Shown here one piece after another: positions 51,605-61,779 of a stretch of DNA of 64,000 bases. Source of the DNA: Euprymna scolopes (Eukaryota). A program made the position numbers and the translations under genes. Where the stretch lies: the NCBI GenBank assembly GCA_053919585.1, contig CM132828.1; one strand, given 5' to 3'. Below the pieces are notes generated by a model, which worked only from the letters and a program-made list of their open reading frames with translations, was not told the origin of the DNA and made no database searches. Each line of letters opens with the position of its first letter. The stretch's first letter is position 1.

Positions 51605-53300
51605 CAGCACACTTTTTACACAAGAGACGAAATAATGATTACACCGTGTTACGATGACCTTAACTTCTTTGTTCTTTAGTAGTTGATTTTCTATTTAAAT
51701 AATTTCACGTTTAAATCGTGTTTTTCATCTTTTAATTTTGATTCTTTTATATTTTCATATATTTTATTTCTTAATGAATTGAACACACAAAATAAAAGTT
51801 GTATCAATTTACTAAAGAGATCATAAAACAAAACAACATTTGCTGTTTGGAAAAAAACGACATTTTTCTCGTATTTACTTCCCTGGATAAAAGGTAAGGT
51901 ATTTTTTTTTTAAACACTGGTTGATTTAAATAAAATTTGGGTTTGTATTACTGTACACATAGATTCGAAAAAGTTGTCAAAAAACAAATATATAACAAAT
52001 AAATGTTATCAAAGGCAAGATAAGTTACTTTTCTACCTAACTGAATATATTTTTTGTGTTTTTATTCAATGTAACGTATTTATTCAGCTCGAAAAACATA
52101 CAGTGTTTACCGATGTATTGGAAAATTCAAGATGGCGTCTCACACCCTCTTTAACACCGTAAGTTTGGGAAAAGGTGTTATAAATAAAAAAAAAACTATA
52201 CAAAATACTATTAAACACACGCCGAATATATGTCAACCTATGTCACGGTAACATATATTGAGCGAGTTTTTGACAGTATTATAACCGGTTTTTTATTTAT
52301 AACATCTTTTCCCAAACTTACCGTGTTAAAGAGAGACTCGGCCGCCATCTTGAATTTTCCAATACATCGGTAAACACTGTATGCTTTTCGAGCTGAATAA
52401 GCATATTAAATTGAATAAAAACACGAAAATTATATCCAGTTTGGTAGAAAAGTAACTTATCTTGCCTTTGATAACATTTATTTGTTATATATTTGTTTTT
52501 TGACAACTTTTTCGAATCTATGTGTACAGTAATACAAACCCTAAAATTTTCATCACACCATCACATTTTCAATAATTATGTGATTATATTTTATCCATTT
52601 AAAGTTTGTTTAACATGCAAACAAATTTCTGCTCCGATTAAAAAAGTATTTCTTAAAATATAGTATTCAGTCTGACAATTAGATTTTTGATAAACATTTG
52701 TTTACTTAAGTAAAACTTACGGGATTTCTGAGAATATGATAATGTTTAGCATAAAATAAATAATTTAATTCGGAGTTGGTTTAATTGTTAGACAACTGAG
52801 CACAAAAAAAAACTGCTTTCTCGATATTTCATTGTGTTTTTTAACATTTTTAAAAACAGTTTTCCGTCTATCGTTTTCCATTTGAATTGTGATGTTTCAT
52901 TCAATTTTTTAGATTATAGAATGGGAAGCAGTTTCTTTAATAAAGTTTACGTAAAAAATAGCATCCATTTATTGGCCATCATCACCACTTAACAGAAAAC
53001 ATAATCGGTAAATATTTGCTATCTTTAAAAAATATCTGTTTTCCATTACGTCTGAAAAGCCATTAAAAAATATCAAAAAAATAGAATAACAAACAAAAAA
53101 TTATAGATATTTAAAACTTTGTTGTATAAATCTAACATAAACTGAGCACCTACTTACTGACCAAATTGCAGTCAACAAGACATGTAATCGTTTGCAGTTT
53201 CTAATTTTTGTGATGCAAGAAGGGGAGAGGGAAAAGCTCGGATCGATTTTTGTTTTGATTTTAGGAGGGTAGGATTAGAACACGTGTTGTTAACTATTCT
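51605..53300. other. Paralogous non-coding module, copy C (inverted; upstream of the plus-strand ZNF gene)
   Basis: Reverse complement of blocks in copy B, e.g. 51610-51815 vs 48295-48490, 52920-53000 vs 45345-45790, 53170-53300 vs 45000-45135. Donor-like AAAG|GTAAGG at 51890-51899. Confidence 0.85.
51939..52541. mobile_element. Full-length 603-bp MITE with very long TIRs and 8-bp TSD (Mutator- or Merlin-like by structure)
   Basis: TIRs of roughly 250 bp starting GGGTTTGTATTACTGTACACATAGATTCG, perfect TSD TAAAATTT (51931-51938, 52542-52549), no transposase ORF. Superfamily is inferred only from the G-rich ends and TSD length. Confidence 0.93.
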
Positions 53301-53513
53301 ATACTTTCACCTAACAATTTTCTATATATAAAAAAGATACCACTTAAATATTGTTTGTCATAACAAATATACACATGTGTCACCATGACATTTATTTGGT
53401 GTTTTTTGTCGAGCAATTTGTTTCTAATATTCGGTTATCGGGACTTTAAACACAACCTATTTATGTAATTAACATTTATTCACTATTTTTTTGTATTTTG
53501 ATTTTATTTTGCT

Positions 53514-53824
53514 TTTTTATACTTGAAGATGAACGTTTTCTTTATGAAAGTGTTTGGTGAAAGTAAGAATTAGTTAGTAGGGACTCCATCTCATGTTAAG
53601 AATGTTTTTTAAACAATAAGGAATAATATTTATTTATTGTTATAACGTAAGACCCGAGAGAAATTAATATTTAAAATAATTGGAAACACAAAACTTATCG
53701 GTGTAGCTAACATTCATTGATTATTATTTGTCATTGTTTTTTTTTTTGTTTTTTTTTATACTTGGAGATTCACGTTTCATTTATGAATATGTTTGGTGAA
53801 AGTAAGAATTAGTCAGCAGGGACT
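53514..53824 (+). repeat. ~75-bp duplicated block (about 240-bp spacing) with micro-exon-like signals
   Basis: ttttttatacttg.AG|at..acgttt..tttatgaa..tgtttggtgaaa|GTAAGAattagt.ag.agggact at ~53514 and ~53753. Confidence 0.7.
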
Positions 53825-54504
53825 TTCTAAGAATGGCTTTCTAAATAATAACATTAGTATTAATGAGGGGATGTTTTTTTTATTTGAAACAGGAAACAAA
53901 ATAAAAGTAAAAAGTGCTCTCTCCGTGAATCTAAAATTGAAATTAAGAAATTGAATAACGATATTTTGACAGTATCATTTGTTTATTAATTTGTTAGATA
54001 AAAGCACAAAATAGTCAACAACATGTATACTCTAATCCACAAAACGTAACAAATGTATCTTTTCTTTAAAACAGTGCTGGGTTAGATTTTGATGATTAAA
54101 AAAATTTTTTTTGACATTTTTATAAGGTTTATATTTTTGTGTGTTTTCGTGGTCAGTATTTTTATTGAACATTTTATTTTCATTTTTTATAACAGTGTCA
54201 TTAGTGATGTATCAACAATCATTTAGTGATGTATCAACAATCTTTTTCATTACAAAAAATCTAACTTACTTTAGAACCACATGCAAATATTGTTTTAATA
54301 TAACCACATAACGATAAAGAATTGTCTGAATTCGTGAAATGAAAAATGCATCTTTACAATCCACTACAAAATATATGCAGAAAAAAACTCTAGCATCTAA
54401 AAAATATAAAGGAAATAATTAAAAAATAATGTAAATTTTCACAGTTTTATCACTTTATATGCTTATCTTACATGTGAATACGTTTAAAATAAAAGTGTAT
54501 ATAA

Positions 54505-55230
54505 TATATGAATATGTTAATCATATTGTCATATAATTATATGCACATGGGCTTAGGTAGATTATAGAATATGAGGATCGTTTTGATGTACATAGGTTAA
54601 TGGACTAATTCAAGATTCGATATGAGTATGTTAATCATATTGTCATATAATTTTTTGATACATTTTCACATTGGCTAATACAATATTAGATATGAATATG
54701 TTAATCATATTGTCATATAATGTTGTGGTACATTTTCACACGGCTTAGGTGGATTATGGAAGATTATGATACATTTTCACATGGGCTAATTCGATATTAG
54801 ATATGAATATGTTATTCATATTGTCATATAATATTATGGTACATTTTCACATGGGCTAATTCAAGATTAGATATGATTATGTTAATCATATTGTTATATA
54901 ATTTTGTGGTACACTTTCACATGGACTAATTCAAGATTCGATATGAGTATGTTAATCATATTGTCATATAATGGTGTGGCACATTTTCACATGGGCTAAT
55001 TCAATATTAGATATGACTATGTTATTCATATTGTCATATAATGTTGTGGTACATTCTCACATGGACTAATTCAAGATTACAGATGAATATGTTATTCATA
55101 TTGTCATATAATTTTGTGGTAAATTTTCACTTGGGATAATTCAATATTAGATATGAATATGTTAATCAAATTGTCATATAATTTTGTGGTACATTTTCAC
55201 ACGGGCTAATTCAAGATTACAGATGAATAT
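54505..55230. repeat. 70-bp minisatellite, ~10 copies, degenerate at the left end
   Basis: atgggctaat-type anchor at 54781, 54851, 54921, 54991, 55061, 55131 and 55201. Confidence 0.95.
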
Positions 55231-56759
55231 ATACTATTTCTTGTTTCCTTCTATGTAATTTTTTTTTACATTTCCAGGCATATTGTACCAATAATTTTCT
55301 CTAGTTAATATAGAATAAACCATGGCTATAGTAAGAGAAGAATCGCAAAAAAAATTTATGCTAATTTATTTAGAAGACAGTAGAACTTTTTTTTAAGTAT
55401 GATACTTATTATGAGTCTGGTCTGGAACCCTGGCGCATAACTTACTTTTTCTAATCTGATTGTTCAAAAGAACTTGTAAATTTACTAGGTAACTCATCTA
55501 GGAGTGAATGACTGAAGTGTTTTTTTTTCTTTTTAAACACATTGTGGGCCATTTCAATATATGAGAATTACTTTAGTAAGCCTTTATCTTTATCCCTGTT
55601 CAACAAGCCCCAACTCCCCTATATATATTTCTTTCACAAGAGCTAATTGTTTTGTTTGCATGACACTTATATTCACTTGACTGGCTTAGATAATTTTAAA
55701 ACTTTAGCTAATGCACTTAAATATACTTTTTCAATCTTTATCCCCTAAGATACAAAACTAAATTAAATACAAATTTCCATAAGTATTGAAAACCCCTCAG
55801 TGTTGACGACAGGCTGAAAAGAAATTGAAACCTAACTGAATACAATGCGAAATCGCAACTTTCGTGGTAAACAAAAATCTTTTCATTTCCACTGCTTAGG
55901 AAGCAATTATTAATATAAAATACAAAGTTATTGCTTAATCACCAAACCTATTTTCCTGCTCTTATTTACTTATACTGCTTCCCTCTTTTTGGAAATCATA
56001 ATTTATCATTTTATGACTAAGTGTAATGTTTAAAGATAAGGCCTATACTGGCAACGTTTTTATTGTTACTGAGTTATTTTACTAAAATAACTGCCAGAAA
56101 TGTTATTTCTAAATGTCTGCTTAAAAGGGATAATACTTGCCTCCAAGACTCCTGCCTGTGTCTGTTTGGCATGAAAACGTTGCAAACCCTTATACCTCTC
56201 CTAATCCCTTTATAAGTATATTGTATATTAATGCTGTATTCTTGTAAGTATATCATCTCTCCTGTTCCAAGTGGGCAGAAAAACAATTGCTCTTCTCCCC
56301 AAGCTGATGTAAAATCACATACTTTGCACTACCTTGGGACGGGTTTCTAGCTTTCGGTCCTAAACAATAGGAGGCTGACCTTTTTAAACATCGTTAAATA
56401 CTAAACATCTATAGAATTCTATTGCTAAGGCATGCATTATCTTAACCTATATTTATACTCTATAGAATATATATAGAATAGATACCTATTAGCCACATTT
56501 TGTGCCCAGACTATAAGTGATCTATATTAACTACATTTCTTTCACTTCAATGGGAAACATGCCGGTCATTATCTTTACATGAAAACTAATACCTAACCGC
56601 ATTTCAAAACACACCCATACACTTATACTATAATTTTCCAATTAGTCACAAATCCAAAAACCATATTTGATCTTTTAGTTCCTAGTCGAAATTAATTTCA
56701 AATCTACAACCCATGCTCACACATAACCCCTTTCATAACGTAACCATATTTTCCAATCC

Positions 56760-59700
56760 AAAGCCTCTTCTGAGGAGTGTAACTTCAAAGCAGATACTAA
56801 TTCTTTGGTACTAACTCTATTAATCCACAGTCCTAGATTGCATCTTCCCTAGAGTTGGTGACTTGATCAAATCACCGGTTTGCAAACCTAAACTGCTTAA
56901 GGAGTAGATAGACTCTGCTTATCGCCTAACTTACGCCTTTCCCTATTAGCCAGGTGCAGAGGTGCAACTGCAGGGACACATTAGAGACGAGCAGTGCTTA
57001 GCCTTGTTTCTTGTCTAGGACAATGAATGCCGTCCCACACAATTGCTTCATTTCCTTCCCCTACACCTGGGCATCTTGGGAGTGCTTGTTTACCATACAT
57101 GTAACGTGATTGGACTTGGCCACTCCTGTCGGATATATTAGTACTAAGTGAAACTAACTTGCAATCCTCCATCCCATCTAACATCTTTAACATGTCTGGT
57201 TATCTTCCACTTTGTCGGAAGGACTGTGACAGGCACATACACGGACTTGGAGTCTATATTCGTAACATCCTCCCCATGTCTAGGGAATCTAAACTAGAAT
57301 CAGGTGCCAGCCCTTCATGTGCTTTAAACTAACGTTACAACATAGCGTTAGCTACCTGTATTTTCTTTATCGCTCTGTCAACCAAGGACTATACTATAAT
57401 CAATCAGGTCTCTGACAGCATAGATGTAGCACTCTCCCTTGACACTAGCGCCCAAACACATGTATTTGGTGACTTTAACGCCTACCACAGAAATTGGCTT
57501 GGCTTCTCTAACTACACCGACACAGCTGGTAGCGTCATCCATAACTTTGCTATATCCCATTCCTTGACACAGACAATAACATTCCCGACCCGCCTTCCAG
57601 CTCGCCAGGATCAGCAAGCCTCACATTTGGATTTATTTCTGAAAACTGTTCCTGATGATTGTGTAACATGCTCATTGCTCGCTCGGGAATGCTGATCACG
57701 CTATGATAATGATAGACATTACTCTAAACTCTCGATCCAAAGTTGAAGAGCCATTGCTCAAAATGACAAGGTACTAGAATAAGGCTGACTGGGATGTCAT
57801 TAGAGATCACATCAGAGACGCCCCATGGGGAAATATCTTTTCTCTTCCAGCAGAACAGTGCGCAAATGAGACTACTGAATGAAGCACATGTTCCTACACG
57901 GAAGTTCTATAGTAAACCCCACTCTCCCCAATGGTTTACTTCTACATGCACAGCTGCCATTGCTCACAGGCAACATGCATACCATAGATCTATGTACAAA
58001 CAGACAAAATATATAAAAGCTAAAAATAATTGCAAGAAAGAAGTAACAACAGCTAAGAGTAAATATACTGAAACAACAAGAAAACGCATTGAAGCGCAAT
58101 AATTAGGAACTCGTGATTTCTGGAAAATCTACAATAGTGTAGTAAATAATGGATAATAAACAATACCCCCACTATCAAACAATTATGAGGTTGTTTGCAC
58201 AGCAACTGAGAAAGCTAACATTCTTGCCCGAAAGTTTGCCTCAAACTCCACCTTGGACCCAGCAAGCCATTCCCTCCCTGATTTTCCTTTTTGGACAGAA
58301 ATCACTCTAGATGATCTGAAGATCACGCTTTCCCAAGTACATGATATTATAAAAAATCTAGACACCTCAAAAGCATGTGGACCTGACCCCATCCCGGCTG
58401 TGCTATTAAAAAGTGCTCTGGTGAGGTCGCTCCTATTCTCTCTATACTATTTAACAATTGCCTTAACTAATCTTGCTTTCCTGGCTGCTGGAAAACTGCT
58501 TCTGTGGTACCAGTTTACAAAAACTCTGGCGGAAGAACTGCCCCATTAAATTATCAGCAAATTAGCCTCCTCCCTCTGTTCGCCAAAATATTTGAGTCTT
58601 TAATTAATAAAGATCGAGTCCACCACCGTACAGCTGCTAAACTTCTGTCAGACCATCAATATGGATTTAAGCAAGCCCGTTCTACTGCAGGTATTCTAAC
58701 TGTAATTTCTGAACGTTTATACAAAGCAATGGATAAGGCATGGGAAGGGAGGCCAGTAAACCTAGATATTTCTATGGCTTTTGACGGAGTATGGCACGAT
58801 GGCTTTCTGATGAAAATAAAATCCTATGGTATTATTGTATGAATGCTTAGCATAATTAGATCCTTAAATGGGAGAAGAATCCAGGTTGTCCTCGATGGTC
58901 CCAAAAATTTTATATGTGGGTGTGGACCTTTATTATTTCTGATATTCATAAATGACTTACCTGATAAAATTGTCTCTGAGATGGGTATATTTGCCAAAGA
59001 CACCACGCTCTATAGCAGGCACGTTGGGAAAATTAATGAGCACATATCTAAGGTAATGGCCAAAACCCTAGAGAAAGACCTTCAGTCTGTAGTGGAATGG
59101 GGTCAAAAATGGATGGTAACGTTCAACACTACAAAGACAAAGCTCGTTTCCTTTCATGATTATGTAAAACCTTACCAACCACCAATACCTTTGGCTGGAA
59201 ATACTTTACCTGAGAGCACTTCGTTCAAGCTCCTTGGCTTAACGTTCACAGGAAACATGAGTTGGAATATACACATCGAGATTATTGCTAAGGCTGCTGC
59301 AAAGAAGGTGTGCTCTCTCTATCGTGCTAGAAAGTTACTTTCGCCTGAAAGTATCCTATACCTCTACAAAGCCACCATTAGCATATGTATGGAGTACTGC
59401 AGTCACATTTGGGCTAGTGCATCTGCTACTAGTCTCTTGCTCCTGGACAGGGCCCAAAAGAGAGTTGCAAACCTAATAGGTCCTGAACTGTAATCTAAAT
59501 GACGACGACGAAATGTTGCATCTCTCTGCCTTATTTACAAGTATTTGCATGGTGGATGCTCTGATGAACTACAAGCCCTTGTAGCCCCTCGACGAAAATA
59601 CTCCCGACAAACTCGACGAGCAGCAAAGTCCCACCCCTACACAGTTTAGATACCTAGATGTAAGAAAGTTTCTTTCCCAGAACTGAAGGACTTTGGAATA

Positions 59701-59880
59701 CTCTTCCGGTTTCCTGCTTCCCAAACTGTACTGACATGCAGAAGTTCAAGTGTAATGTGAACATACATCTTGCTGCTAAACTCCCTACATAGTACTCCTG
59801 CAACGTAGGTCCTTGACAGTAGCCTCCTATATCAAAGTGACAAGGTACCTTGTTTGGGGTGAAGTGTGATAAAAAAGAAC
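56760..59880 (+). mobile_element. Near full-length CR1-group LINE ORF2 (APE endonuclease + RT) with 3' UTR; inactivated
   Basis: APE motifs ILVLSETNL, GYLPLCRKD, HGLGVYI, FLYRS, GDFNA.H, LDLFL, DHAMI. RT motifs KACGPDPIP, VPVYK, ISLLP, QYGF..ARST, LDISMAFDGVWH, GPLLFLIFINDLP, FAKDT (FADD mutated), MEYCSHIW. Many stops and frameshifts. The 5' boundary is uncertain. Confidence 0.92.
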
Positions 59881-60721
59881 ATGGGCTAATTCCAGATCAC
59901 ATATGGATATGTTACCTGGTATATATATTCAAATGCTTATTGAAAGATTATCATGTATTTCTGTAATATAAATAAATTTTGTTTGCACAGACTTTGACTT
60001 AGAGTGGTAGATGTAGACCTTAAGAAAGCAACTTGACTTCAAACGTACTAATCTTACATGGAGTCACTTAACGAGTTTCTTTAAGAGAGACATTCTTTCT
60101 TTAATGTATTAATGCATTTGTAATGGCTCGTGAAAACATCTTCAGACATATCTTTTGGTCGTTCCTCTTCTGTCACTTTTCTGGTGAGGGATTACAGATG
60201 AACTAAGACAAGGGTTTGATTTCTATACAGATTATTTATTTAAATTGACCAGGCATGAATCAGCTGTTTAGATGAAGATCAGAAGAGATTCGCCCTTTTT
60301 CCTGGTTGTGGCACTTTCCATATCTATTTCAAGATTCCTTGCTAACACGCCTGCTTTCTCTGTTGACCCCTTAATTCCTCTAAATACATGTAATTCTATG
60401 TAGAAGAATCAAATGCGGTCCATGTCGTATTATCGGCGAACTGACTGAATAAAAAATTCAGCAACTTTTATAGTAATGTTGAAAGGTTTCCATTAGTTGT
60501 TTAGCACAGCCGGTGGTTATAAAAATGATTGACGAATCCATTCATCTCATACCCCCATTAGGAGTCAAAAACATGTTACAGTGTTTTAACTATATCCTTA
60601 AGAACGCCTGTATTGCCTCGTTCTTCAGGTTAGAAAATTTGGTTATTTTTCTCATGTGTTTCTTATTAATATTTTGATAGGAATAATCTTAATTTTATGA
60701 GTTCAAACCAATAATATTGAC

Positions 60722-60808
60722 AATAATAAAAAAACAAATCACTAATATGTGAATGATGATACTAAAAATATTGAATTTCATATATTTTTTATTTACAGAT
60801 GTTCCTGC
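60722..60808 (+). other. Conserved 3' splice acceptor and exon start of the plus-strand ZNF gene
   Basis: tttttatttacAG|ATGTTCCTGC (AG at 60797-60798), the same junction as in the minus-strand paralog. Confidence 0.7.
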
Positions 60809-61169
60809 CTGAACGCCTACATTGAATTTTATAATCTTTAAACGTAATTATTAAACAAATTCTGGAAGATTTTTGTTTGTGAATTATGTGTTTAATATTA
60901 CAAGAAAAATTTAGATATGAACAGATGAAATCACAAATTGCAGACAATATGTGTATTTGGAAAAAAATAGATTGTATATAATTTTAGAAACCATAGTACA
61001 AAGAAATATATGTTGGAGACGTAAACCAAAGTAAATGATATATTCTTTGAATGGTAAGTCTCTCTTCTCGAATTTGCTTAAACATGTGTGAGAAAACAAT
61101 GCGAGGATAAAAATTATATTATTTAGAATTAAGTTGATAAGAGAATTCCAGGATCAATTTTAGTAAAAC

Positions 61170-61712
61170 ATGGAGGTCCCCAGTTATGAAAAGCCATATT
61201 CTTGTGAAGTATGTGGGCATTCTTTTTCGCATAAATCATCGTTAGTGAGACATATGAGAACTCACACTGGTGAAAAGCCACATTCTTGTAAAGTTTGTGG
61301 ATATTCTTGTTCTGTTAAATCAAATTTAGCGAGACATATGAAAAATCACACTGGTGAAAAGGCACATTCTTGTCAAGTTTGTGGACATTCTTTTTCTTTT
61401 ATCTCAGAGTTAGCAAGACATGTGAGAATACACACTGGCGAAAAGCCACATTCTTGTGAAGTGTGTGGATATGCTTGTTCTGAAAAATCACACCTTGTGC
61501 AACATATGAGAACTCACACTGGTGAAAAGCCACATTCTTGCGAAGTGTGTGGTTATTCCTGTTCTAAAAAGTCACACCTTGTGCAACATATGAGCACTCA
61601 CACTGGTGAAAAGCCACATTCTTGCGAAGTGTGTGGATATTCTTGTTCTCAAAAAGCATACCTTGTGAAACATGTGAGAACACACACTGGTGAAAAAACA
61701 TATTCTTGTTGA
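61170..61712 (+). CDS. Tandem C2H2 zinc-finger protein, 6 intact fingers, stop codon inside a 7th (gene or young pseudogene)
   Basis: 180-aa ORF with six CxxC-x12-HxxxH fingers and HTGEKPH linkers. The TGA falls after the first Cys of a further degenerate finger that continues to ~61772. Confidence 0.78.
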   Translation: MEVPSYEKPYSCEVCGHSFSHKSSLVRHMRTHTGEKPHSCKVCGYSCSVKSNLARHMKNHTGEKAHSCQVCGHSFSFISELARHVRIHTGEKPHSCEVCGYACSEKSHLVQHMRTHTGEKPHSCEVCGYSCSKKSHLVQHMSTHTGEKPHSCEVCGYSCSQKAYLVKHVRTHTGEKTYSC

Positions 61713-61779
61713 GTTTGTGAATATGTTTGTCTGCTAAATCAAGGTTAGCCAGAAATAAACAAACTCACACTCACTCTTC

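Noticed and set aside
47753-52506. Three similar ORFs starting MSKNKYITNKCYQRQDKLLFY
   Set aside because: They are translations of the MITE TIRs from non-ATG starts, not a gene family.
59990-60630. More GC-balanced stretch that may be another TE fragment
   Set aside because: No recognisable protein motif was found on manual translation; it needs BLASTX/RepeatMasker.
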